This document shows positions 1-7,476 of a stretch of DNA of 32,000 bases, in pieces. Below the pieces are notes generated by a model that saw nothing but the letters and a program-made list of their open reading frames with translations, was not told the origin of the DNA and ran no database searches. A program made the position numbers and the translations under genes. Source of the DNA: Candidatus Aenigmatarchaeota archaeon. GTDB taxonomy: Archaea; Aenigmatarchaeota; Aenigmatarchaeia; GW2011-AR5; WALA01. Location of the stretch: positions 2,961-34,960 of the forward strand of contig WALQ01000028.1 of NCBI GenBank assembly GCA_015522745.1, written 5' to 3'. Each line of letters opens with the position of its first letter. Position 1 is the first letter of the stretch.

Positions 1-63
1 GAATATTCCGAGCATGATTATTGTCAGTATGATGCCTACGACTATCATCAGCCCTTCACTCAT
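1..63 (-). CDS. 5' end only of a small TM or pilin-like protein; the rest runs off the window
   Basis: ATG at 63..61 opens MSEGLMIVVGIILTIIMLGIF: a short polar N-terminus ending in Gly, then a hydrophobic stretch, as in a class III signal. It lies directly downstream of the 71..1117 gene on the same strand. Only 21 codons are visible. Confidence 0.3.
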   Translation of the reverse strand, partial: MSEGLMIVVGIILTIIMLGIF

Positions 64-70
64 TCCCTTT

Positions 71-1117
71 TTACCATTTTTCATATCCGAAAGCCCCACT
101 ATCATTTGCGAATGTATCGTATCTCATGATTGTGTAATTGTTTTCTACTATGGGCAATTGTGCCAAAAGGCAATTTGATTGACATGGCAATTGCTCGCAA
201 AATCCGTTTGCATTAGTTATATCAACTATTATGCATGTCCTATCGCCGTTATCATCTTTTTCGCAAGTTGTGTAATTTCCGATGTATTCAATCTTACTAT
301 TATTGATGATGTATTTCTTGTGCACTTCACACGAACATTTTGCCGAGTAAACAGTTACTTCCCCTTTGCATGGGCTTGCCAATGATAATTCCCCATAGTA
401 TTCACCAGTCGCTCCTTGATCGGTATCGAATAGCACGCTCCCGTTGAAATCGCATTTAAGCGGAAACGCGTATATGGCATTTTTCGTTTTCATGCATATC
501 GAATTGTTCATGCAGAACTCGTACTTGTAAATCATTCTGTCTTGGGATTCCGTGGCGTTTTTTATGTAATACTTTACTCGTCCGAACTGTTTCACAGCTT
601 TCCAGTTCGAATCTTGTACATTTGCGACAACCGGATAGAACATCGGGATCGCCGTTCTCACGTTCAATGATTTCAACGTTTCGTTCGCCTCGTGCTCGGA
701 CCTTTCTATGAAATCCTTTATATAACTTTTGTCAAATTCATCATTCGTTGAATTCACGTAGACGAACAGTATGTTCTTTGGGAGCTCACCGTAGTACCCT
801 TCCCACGAGTACCCCGTGCCTGGATGAAATGCCTCGTAGTACACAACGACATCTGGATCTCCTCGCGTCGTTATGTAAGCGCCTTTCAGAAGGTCGTTTG
901 GCATATTCTGGTCTATGTTGAACGTTATCGTCTTTGCACTCGAACCTTCGCAAACGCTGTCTATGGCATCTCTCAACTTGGACGTGTAGTAAATCGCCCG
1001 CCTCGTTGACGAGCGTTGCGAAGCCATTATGGCGTAAAACGGAAGAATCATGAGAATGACTATGCCTATTATGACTATGACTGTGAGCGGTCCGACTGAG
1101 AGGAATCCCCGATTCAT
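71..1117 (-). CDS. Cys-rich secreted or pilin-like surface protein with a class III (prepilin-like) signal peptide, 348 aa
   Basis: The ORF track extends to 1405. However, Met97 (ATG 1117..1115) opens MNRG|FLSVGPLTVIVIIGIVILMILPF: a basic residue, Gly, then about 20 hydrophobic residues. The 288 nt upstream are better explained by two small SD-coupled TM ORFs in another frame. The mature part is Cys-rich with many N-x-S/T sequons. Its C-terminal LPIVENNY..DSGAFGYE is shared with the 2327..3931 product. Confidence 0.6.
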   Translation of the reverse strand: MNRGFLSVGPLTVIVIIGIVILMILPFYAIMASQRSSTRRAIYYTSKLRDAIDSVCEGSSAKTITFNIDQNMPNDLLKGAYITTRGDPDVVVYYEAFHPGTGYSWEGYYGELPKNILFVYVNSTNDEFDKSYIKDFIERSEHEANETLKSLNVRTAIPMFYPVVANVQDSNWKAVKQFGRVKYYIKNATESQDRMIYKYEFCMNNSICMKTKNAIYAFPLKCDFNGSVLFDTDQGATGEYYGELSLASPCKGEVTVYSAKCSCEVHKKYIINNSKIEYIGNYTTCEKDDNGDRTCIIVDITNANGFCEQLPCQSNCLLAQLPIVENNYTIMRYDTFANDSGAFGYEKW

Positions 1118-1248
1118 CAAATACCTGCCTCCGACGTCCAATTTGCTATGAGATGCTTTATAACGGCTGGTGAAACGTTTTTCGCGAGCAGAAAGTATAT
1201 CAGAAGGACGACGACAAAAATTATTATTCCGACTACCAATTTGTTCAT
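1117..1248 (-). CDS. small single-TM protein, 43 aa, below the ORF-track size cut-off
   Basis: Hand translation gives MNKLVVGIIIFVVVLLIYFLLAKNVSPAVIKHLIANWTSEAGI*. It is preceded by GGTGGT-TGA-ATG (SD, 3 nt, start). Its TGA overlaps the ATG of the 71..1117 gene by 1 nt (TGATG), which suggests translational coupling. Confidence 0.35.
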   Translation of the reverse strand: MNKLVVGIIIFVVVLLIYFLLAKNVSPAVIKHLIANWTSEAGI

Positions 1249-1398
1249 TCAACCACCCACGAGCATTTTCAGCGACCCGATGAATATGGACACGACCGAC
1301 GATGATATCGAAGTCAACTTTCCTGTTATGAGCATTATCACGAATGTGAACAGCGCCATAAATATGACCGCAAGCACGACTATCGTTGCAATTTTCAT
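1249..1398 (-). CDS. small hydrophobic (1-2 TM) protein, 49 aa, below the ORF-track size cut-off
   Basis: Hand translation gives MKIATIVVLAVIFMALFTFVIMLITGKLTSISSSVVSIFIGSLKMLVGG*. An AT-rich TATA-like element lies about 24 nt upstream. The stop TGA abuts the next ATG (TGAATG). Confidence 0.35.
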   Translation of the reverse strand: MKIATIVVLAVIFMALFTFVIMLITGKLTSISSSVVSIFIGSLKMLVGG

Positions 1399-1410
1399 AA
1401 TACATATTTC

Positions 1411-1432
1411 GCGTATTAATATAAATAAATTT
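1411..1432. promoter_or_regulatory. AT-rich TATA-like element in a divergent intergenic region
   Basis: GTATTAATATAAATAAATTT lies between the divergent starts at 1398 (-) and 1450 (+). It is about 24 nt from the minus-strand ATG. The plus-strand gene also has GGAGAGGT 9 nt before its ATG, so which strand or strands this element serves is unclear. Confidence 0.3.
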
Positions 1433-1449
1433 GGAGAGGTAATAAAATT

Positions 1450-2316
1450 ATGAGAACGGAATTCGAGATAGTCCTCGCAATACTAATATCATTACTGGTT
1501 CTTTTCATAGTCATTGTGATAACCAAAAATTCGAAGATAAGTGTTATCGGTGGAATAAATAAAAGCGAAAACGAGACGCAGCGCGTAATCAAAATGAGCA
1601 TAAGGAACATGTCCGTTGATGACATTTCAAATCAATACACGAATAAATACCGTTTCGATGTAAATCTTTCGTTCGACAACGATTGGGAGGATAAAACTGT
1701 CGTTCCTGTATTGCGTGTTGGAAAATCATACGCGCTTTGCGACAGAAAAACTTTGAACGTTCCAAAAGGCATTTCCGTGAAAGAGTGTGAATTCACGCTC
1801 TCAACGGGCGAGAAGCTCGTAATTGATTGTGGAATGCCGATAGGAAATTATTTTTCGTGCACAACCCTACTGGAAAAAGGTCAGGTTGTGGACGTTGGTG
1901 GATACTCGGTTCGGTTCGGCGGACTGTTTTTCAAATTTATGTCAAATGATTATCTGGCAAAATTCTTCATTTACGATGGAAACATACCGTACAAGTATTT
2001 TGAATTTTTTGACTCGACTTCAGGAAGCGAGCATAAAACCAATGTCAACGGAGGCTGGGCCAGTGTAACCGTTCTCAAACCGAAGAAATACGAATCTTCG
2101 TGTGTTGAAATAAAGACATTTGGTGAATCCAAGTCAGGATTGATTAAAAACGAGGCGGGAATTTACATATATCCGGCTGGATGCCAATTCTGGAATGGCA
2201 TAACACCCAATGCTCCATCTGATAAAATTGCAGATACCATAGAATATTGCTCCGACACTCCCCTTGGATATTCAGAAGGCAGCTTCTTGGTTGATAAAAA
2301 GTATGTTGGATGCTGA
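1450..2316 (+). CDS. N-terminally membrane-anchored secreted protein of unknown function, 288 aa
   Basis: ORF with SD GGAGAGGT upstream. N-terminus MRTEFEIVLAILISLLVLFIVIVITKNSK (charged residues, then a 20-residue hydrophobic helix). The remainder is soluble, contains Cys, and has N-x-S/T sequons. It is the only plus-strand gene inside the filament locus. Confidence 0.6.
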   Translation: MRTEFEIVLAILISLLVLFIVIVITKNSKISVIGGINKSENETQRVIKMSIRNMSVDDISNQYTNKYRFDVNLSFDNDWEDKTVVPVLRVGKSYALCDRKTLNVPKGISVKECEFTLSTGEKLVIDCGMPIGNYFSCTTLLEKGQVVDVGGYSVRFGGLFFKFMSNDYLAKFFIYDGNIPYKYFEFFDSTSGSEHKTNVNGGWASVTVLKPKKYESSCVEIKTFGESKSGLIKNEAGIYIYPAGCQFWNGITPNAPSDKIADTIEYCSDTPLGYSEGSFLVDKKYVGC

Positions 2317-2326
2317 GTGCAAGGAA

Positions 2327-3931
2327 CTAATGGACCACTTTTAATGGATATTTGATTACTGCTATTTCTATTCCGTTTTCTTTCGATTCGTCCACGAGGT
2401 ACTTTTCACATGGCCCATGAATTGATTTGCAAATTTCTGCATATCCAAATCCAGCTCCGCTTGCAAAAGGATCTGACGATGAATCTATGTAAACGTAAAA
2501 ATCGTTTGATATTATGGGTATGTAAGACGGCGTTGCCGATGGAAGGTATATGTAATCATTCAGCAATGCTTGTGAAATGACTTTGATCTCATATTTCTGA
2601 GGATTTGTTCCCGAACATTTTCCGTCTGAACACGCACACGATATTTCGCTATAACCATGCTCGCCTCCAATGCAATAATATTCTTCTAGCTCACCATTGC
2701 TAGTGCATTCATCTTCTTCAACATGCTTTCCGCTATTGTCTGTGTACGTAGTCGTTCCCTTGTCGAAAACATTTATCTCCGGCTCTCTTGTTATAATGCT
2801 GTCTGTACTGTCAACCTTTTTACATGTATGACTGCTGCAAAATTGTAAGAATTTGCCTCCATAACTGCATAATTTCTCGTTGTAGAGGTAACATTTTTTC
2901 ATTGGGATTTCATCGTATTGAATTACGTACGTGGGAAAATCGTAAATGATTTTGTTCACATCTTCTTTTTGCGATTTCATTTTATCGAGCTCATCCTGGA
3001 ACTTTTGGTCCTTCTCGCTGCCCGTGAGGTCCATAAAGAGTATTTCCAGTGTTCCGTCGGGGCGTTCGATTGAGCGTTCCCACGGATGTCCTGAAGTAGA
3101 TTTTAAATCTACAACAATTATACTATTTCCAGAAGCATCGTTGATCGTATGAATGGTTTGATTGAGCTGAGATAAAACATATTGTGGTTGATTATTTATT
3201 GATGTAAAATTCATTTTTATTCGAGATGTGACACCACTGCTTTGCGTTATGGGTGTTACATCATATTGAAGCTCTTCGAAATTGGACAGACCATCTACTT
3301 GATTATGAGCAATTATTGATGTTTTATAATCCTTCGAATTCTTATCAAATGTTTTGCCTTTTAATATATCAATGAAATATTCCATATTCACATCATAATA
3401 CCCACCATACGGCGTGTAAATCCTTTCTTTTTCTATGTCGCCGGCATCCGAATATCCGACGAAAACTATGTACGAACCGATGATGTATTGTCTCCCTCTG
3501 AGCTCAATATCGTCTATCGGATTGTCAAGGACTATGGGGCAGATGCTGTTTTTCACTATTATTTCGCCGCATTCAGAGAGATTTTTCTCCTCCCCGGGCC
3601 CGATGACGACGTTCGAGCATTTGTCGTTCTGCGGGAGCGTCGTGTTTCCAAATATCTCAAAATAAGGCGTCACGTTGAGCTCACTGTCGCCGACATTCTT
3701 CAGCGTTATGTTGTCTATGTGGAGGTCCATCGTCGGGACATTTGAATCCAAATGGCATTCGTAATAGATATTGTAATTTTCTATCTGGAGTTGATCGGCC
3801 ACCGGATTTTGGTCAAATATGTCGTGCATTTTTTTCCGCGCTATTGTCGATGGTATCTTGACAAACGCCACTATGCCTATGAATATCATGAGAACCATGA
3901 GTATTACGCTTAGCACAAGCTTGAACTCCAT
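2327..3931 (-). CDS. large N-terminally anchored surface protein (putative adhesin or filament-associated), 534 aa
   Basis: The start is preceded by GGTGAT-TGA-ATG. N-terminus MEFKLVLSVILMVLMIFIGIVAFV. It carries one copy (aa 370-439) of the Cys module found twice in the 6807..7472 product (…ECTSNGELEEYYC…CACSDGKC). Its C-terminal IPIISNDFYVYIDSS..ASGAGFGYAE is paralogous to the C-terminus of the 71..1117 product. Confidence 0.7.
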   Translation of the reverse strand: MEFKLVLSVILMVLMIFIGIVAFVKIPSTIARKKMHDIFDQNPVADQLQIENYNIYYECHLDSNVPTMDLHIDNITLKNVGDSELNVTPYFEIFGNTTLPQNDKCSNVVIGPGEEKNLSECGEIIVKNSICPIVLDNPIDDIELRGRQYIIGSYIVFVGYSDAGDIEKERIYTPYGGYYDVNMEYFIDILKGKTFDKNSKDYKTSIIAHNQVDGLSNFEELQYDVTPITQSSGVTSRIKMNFTSINNQPQYVLSQLNQTIHTINDASGNSIIVVDLKSTSGHPWERSIERPDGTLEILFMDLTGSEKDQKFQDELDKMKSQKEDVNKIIYDFPTYVIQYDEIPMKKCYLYNEKLCSYGGKFLQFCSSHTCKKVDSTDSIITREPEINVFDKGTTTYTDNSGKHVEEDECTSNGELEEYYCIGGEHGYSEISCACSDGKCSGTNPQKYEIKVISQALLNDYIYLPSATPSYIPIISNDFYVYIDSSSDPFASGAGFGYAEICKSIHGPCEKYLVDESKENGIEIAVIKYPLKVVH

Positions 3932-3939
3932 TCAATCAC

Positions 3940-4110
3940 CTATGGCATCAACGATGACACTGCCTTTGTCGCCACGTTGGCTATCGCATTCATCATGCTT
4001 GTCGCGAGCTCCTTGACTCCGGCTCCGAAGACCTTCGCGAGCAGTATTAGGACGACGGCTATCACGGCCACCATAATCACCACGACTATCATGTACGTTA
4101 TTCCCTTCAT
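3940..4110 (-). CDS. small pilin-like protein with a class III-type signal, 56 aa, not in the ORF track
   Basis: Hand translation gives MKG|ITYMIVVVIMVAVIAVVLILLAKVFGAGVKELATSMMNAIANVATKAVSSLMP*. It is preceded by GGAGTGAT-TGC-ATG, the local SD spacing. The 60-aa track ORF at 3932..4114 (-) is a different, Arg/Asp-rich frame. Confidence 0.5.
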   Translation of the reverse strand: MKGITYMIVVVIMVAVIAVVLILLAKVFGAGVKELATSMMNAIANVATKAVSSLMP

Positions 4111-4114
4111 GCAA

Positions 4115-4270
4115 TCACTCCACGAAAAATCTCAAATTCAGCCTCGACGTTATATATCTTATTATGTCCTTCCAATATAAAATACCCAAAAGGAGTATCA
4201 TCACAACTACTACGAGTATCACGATTATTATAAGACCCCTTTTTGAATATCCCTCGGATTCGCTTTCCAT
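4115..4270 (-). CDS. small TM protein with a KRG|hydrophobic motif, 51 aa, not in the ORF track
   Basis: Hand translation gives MESESEGYSKRG|LIIIVILVVVVMILLLGILYWKDIIRYITSRLNLRFFVE*. The start lies 5 nt after the stop of the platform gene (TGTGATGTAAATG). Confidence 0.45.
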   Translation of the reverse strand: MESESEGYSKRGLIIIVILVVVVMILLLGILYWKDIIRYITSRLNLRFFVE

Positions 4271-4275
4271 TTACA

Positions 4276-6300
4276 TCACAGGTTGAATTGAGTGCGCCCG
4301 AAAACGAGCCATGATATGAAAAGCACGATTATATATATGATAGTGGAAATTAAAATCGTTGACGCCGTGGCGTCGTAACGCGAGACGTTGTCATCCGCAT
4401 TCTCTATGGCGTTGTAAAACCACACGAGAAGCATGGCGCTTTCAATCATGTAAAGTCCGACGGAAAATTGGAACTGTCCGGGCGTTATATTGACTTTCCC
4501 GAACATTGGAACGCTTCCCCCCATGTTTGAATTGCTCATTAAATCCGCGAGCTTGTTGAGAACTTTTATGACAAGAGTGGACATTGACGTTATCACGGCG
4601 GTTAGCACGGGCGTGAGGACTATCGCTTGGAACTTTACCGAGCTCGTCACCTCGGAAAGCATTTCAACGACTTGATCCTGAACCTCCTTTGTGTACTTGA
4701 GATAAACGGATATCTTCTTCATCGTGCTCGCGAGCGCGCGGACTCCTTTTTTTGATGCCTCCACGATTATCTTCAGCGTTGAGCTTATGAGGTCTGATGG
4801 GAAGAACAGTATGGCCCCGAATTTTGAGTCGTTTATCGCCTGCTCAAACGTCATTCCGCGCATTTTTATGTTCTCAACAATCGTGGAAAACATCTTGTTT
4901 ATCTTCAGCTTCCCTATGTCGTGCAGTGATTCTTCGAGCGAGATTTCGATCGGCTTCCCGCGCTCTATGAAATTCGAAATCTTGTAAAGCGACTCGGGGA
5001 GCTCGTTTTCAATTCTTCGCGTATCTTCGCGTATCTTTATCCTTTGAAACGCAAGGAACTTGTAGTAAATGTAAAAGAACAATGCAGTCCCGAAAACTAT
5101 TAGCACGGACGGCCACAAATCGCTTTTTCCTGAAATCTCCGCGGCTCTCATTGACTTGTACCCTATGTAAACAATTGGAAACGCCAATGACGATGGCACG
5201 AGCGCGTTGATGTAAAATATCTTGTGACCCAATTTCATCTTAAACTTTCCGTTTGGCGGAACATTTGGATTTTTCGAAATGTCAGCGGGGGCGAAAGCTA
5301 TCGGCCTTCTGTCTATGACGTTCGTGACGACAAACAAGAGTGTTATCGGGAGTATTATATTATAAGTTATGAACATTGCCGACGGCTTGAAATAATTTGA
5401 AAGGAATATGATCATTATCGGAACGAGAACCATGCCCATTATTGGCAGGAGTATTCCGAGCGCGTAAATGGACGTTATCGGCATCCTCATCTTGAGGTTG
5501 AAATCCTTTGCCTCGTCGCGGGCCCCTTCCATTATGTTCGAAATGGCGTTGTCTATGACTTCGAGCCGTTTCTTCGTTGGGAGCTCTATGCTCGAGAGGA
5601 GTATCTGCATGGTTTCAACTATCTTTTTGTCGTCTTTCCAGTACTTGAGGAAGTTGTTTATAGCGTCCTTCATCGTCTTGAACCGACCAACTTCTACGTC
5701 CCATATCATCTTCCTGAGCGTGTACGCAAGCGGTTCCGGGCTGTTGTCCGCGGCAAAAACTATCGAGCCCTCGATGTTTGGGTAGTTTCTCAAGTAAATG
5801 GACATGTACACGAACATTCTGACGATCTGCGATTTGAGCTTGACGCGGTAAATTTTTTCAAGATGAATGGGATAGTAGTACATGTAAATTGAGAATATGA
5901 GAAGCGTTAGTATGAGGACGAATGCATTTCCGACGGAAAGCCCGAATCCGTAAAACAACTTCATTATCATCCCGAGTATTATGAAAAATCCAAACAGAAG
6001 CCCGCTCAACACAACGAATGACGTCGTCCCCTCTGGCGTTGTTTTCAGACCCGTGATGTCTATTGCCCCTTGGAGTGATTTTCTCGTCTTCTCGTCTGGC
6101 TCTATGGTCAGAATGGATTTCGATATGTTGCACGCCTTTTCATAGAGGGTTTTTGGAATCGACTGTATTTTTTCCTCTTCTTTGTAAAGGTTGTAAGCGC
6201 CGGAATTTATTCCAAAATTCCTCTTTTCGGGAAGGAGGATGCTCTGCTCTCTCTCGTCCTTGACTTCCACGAAGTATTTTATGATGTCGCTAAGAGCCAT
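4276..6300 (-). CDS. type IV filament platform membrane protein (TadC/FlaJ/PilC-like, T2SSF-type)
   Basis: 674-aa polytopic membrane protein. It has two cytoplasmic helical segments (…EPLAYTLRKMIWDVEVGRFKTMKDAINNF… and …ELPESLYKISNFIERGKPIEISLEESL…), each followed by TM clusters. This is the duplicated T2SSF architecture. It is co-oriented with and close to the secretion ATPase. Confidence 0.75.
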   Translation of the reverse strand: MALSDIIKYFVEVKDEREQSILLPEKRNFGINSGAYNLYKEEEKIQSIPKTLYEKACNISKSILTIEPDEKTRKSLQGAIDITGLKTTPEGTTSFVVLSGLLFGFFIILGMIMKLFYGFGLSVGNAFVLILTLLIFSIYMYYYPIHLEKIYRVKLKSQIVRMFVYMSIYLRNYPNIEGSIVFAADNSPEPLAYTLRKMIWDVEVGRFKTMKDAINNFLKYWKDDKKIVETMQILLSSIELPTKKRLEVIDNAISNIMEGARDEAKDFNLKMRMPITSIYALGILLPIMGMVLVPIMIIFLSNYFKPSAMFITYNIILPITLLFVVTNVIDRRPIAFAPADISKNPNVPPNGKFKMKLGHKIFYINALVPSSLAFPIVYIGYKSMRAAEISGKSDLWPSVLIVFGTALFFYIYYKFLAFQRIKIREDTRRIENELPESLYKISNFIERGKPIEISLEESLHDIGKLKINKMFSTIVENIKMRGMTFEQAINDSKFGAILFFPSDLISSTLKIIVEASKKGVRALASTMKKISVYLKYTKEVQDQVVEMLSEVTSSVKFQAIVLTPVLTAVITSMSTLVIKVLNKLADLMSNSNMGGSVPMFGKVNITPGQFQFSVGLYMIESAMLLVWFYNAIENADDNVSRYDATASTILISTIIYIIVLFISWLVFGRTQFNL

Positions 6301-6318
6301 AATAATTATTTGTCTCAG

Positions 6319-6337
6319 AAATTATAAATATAAAAAT
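6319..6337 (-). promoter_or_regulatory. TATA box for the platform/small-ORF/adhesin transcription unit
   Basis: The minus strand reads ACAATTTTTATATTTATAATTTC. Its centre is about 27 nt upstream of the ATG at 6300, and no SD lies between them. This is consistent with a leaderless archaeal transcript. Confidence 0.35.
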
Positions 6338-6355
6338 TGTAAAAAGAGAAGTGGA

Positions 6356-6775
6356 TCAATTGGAATACGAACATCCGCATTTTTCCGCGCATTTCTTTTC
6401 TATATATTTTTCACATTCAGATCCTTTTTTGCATTTATCGCTTCCATAAATATAATAGTTTCCATCTGAGTCTTTTCCTTCTATGTTTAATCTATATACG
6501 CAATAGTCGAAAAGTGATGCTGACCCACTTTTTTCCGAATTTCCAACATCACCTTCGGTTATTCCATTAAGATATATTAATTTTGTGCTATCTGGGTTGC
6601 ATCCTCGTTCTGTTAATTGAGTGCAAGCTTGAGAATACGCCTTTGTGATTTCCTGCGATTTTGAAAATCCGCTCGCGCCACTCGTGAACATTCCTATCAA
6701 AACTATCAGAACGAGCACTGCTATGGACAAAATGACTATCGTGCTTATTGGAAGTGAAACACCTTTTTTCGACAT
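6356..6775 (-). CDS. archaeal type IV pilin-like protein, 139 aa
   Basis: MSKKG|VSLPISTIVILSIAVLVLIVLIGMF is a textbook class III signal: basic residues, Gly, then a hydrophobic helix. GGAGGG SD lies 5 nt upstream. The C-terminal globular part has 8 Cys. Confidence 0.7.
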   Translation of the reverse strand: MSKKGVSLPISTIVILSIAVLVLIVLIGMFTSGASGFSKSQEITKAYSQACTQLTERGCNPDSTKLIYLNGITEGDVGNSEKSGSASLFDYCVYRLNIEGKDSDGNYYIYGSDKCKKGSECEKYIEKKCAEKCGCSYSN

Positions 6776-6806
6776 TTTTCATCCCTCCTGAATATATAAT
6801 AATATC

Positions 6807-7472
6807 TTATTCTCGGCCATTTATATAATTATCACTCGGCATCACGCACGCTCCGTCAGCGCATTTGTACGTACATCTTATCTCCGTAGATGCACACGAG
6901 CCGTCGCAAAAGTACTCAATAAGGGTGCGGTTGTTCAAGCATCTGTCGATGTATTTCGTTCCATTGAAAAAGCAAATTCCGCGCGACTCCGGGCGAACGC
7001 CACCGTCCGTGTCCGTGCACAGTGAATATGAGCAATGACCATCAACGCAACCGTTTTTGCATTCGATCATTTTCTCTTTCACTTGGCCATTATTACAGTA
7101 AAACTCTTTCAACGTCGTGCTGTTTGTGCACGTGTCCGAGAACGACTTTATTCCATTTTCAATGAGCTCCGCGTGCCCGGGAATCAGCGGGTTGACTCCG
7201 TTGTCCGTGTCCACACATTTTGATGCGATGAAATTCCCTTTGACCTCCGCACCTATGTACATGAGTATGATGAGAAGCGCAAGGAGAAGTGCGAGCCAAA
7301 TGATCCTTCTCGTGCGTTCAATCTCGGATCGGCGGACATTTTTGAATTTTCGAGCTTTCTCTTCGAATTTCGGGCCTACGTCGTATACCTTTTGCTTTGG
7401 ACTTCTCGACTTGCGCGTTACTCTTATCTTTTTCGCATGTTTTGAGCGTTTTTTCGACTTTGTCCTTTTCAT
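6807..7472 (-). CDS. single-pass membrane protein with a very basic cytoplasmic tail and two extracellular Cys-rich modules, 221 aa
   Basis: GGTGAG-TGA-ATG start. The first ~57 aa are Lys/Arg-rich (MKRTKSKKRSKHAKKIRVTRKSRSPKQK…). TM helix IIWLALLLALLIILMYI. Then a tandem duplication: C-[VT]-D-T-D-x-G-V-x-P … C-x-N-x-T-L-x-E-[FY]-[FY]-C … C-x-D-G-x-C. Confidence 0.7.
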   Translation of the reverse strand: MKRTKSKKRSKHAKKIRVTRKSRSPKQKVYDVGPKFEEKARKFKNVRRSEIERTRRIIWLALLLALLIILMYIGAEVKGNFIASKCVDTDNGVNPLIPGHAELIENGIKSFSDTCTNSTTLKEFYCNNGQVKEKMIECKNGCVDGHCSYSLCTDTDGGVRPESRGICFFNGTKYIDRCLNNRTLIEYFCDGSCASTEIRCTYKCADGACVMPSDNYINGRE

Positions 7473-7476
7473 TCAC

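Noticed and set aside
1118-1405. N-terminal 96 codons of the 444-aa track ORF (MYYENCNDSRACGH…)
   Set aside because: This part is His/Arg/Asn-rich with no signal. An internal Met opens a perfect class III signal, and another frame holds two SD-coupled small TM ORFs that tile the same region exactly.
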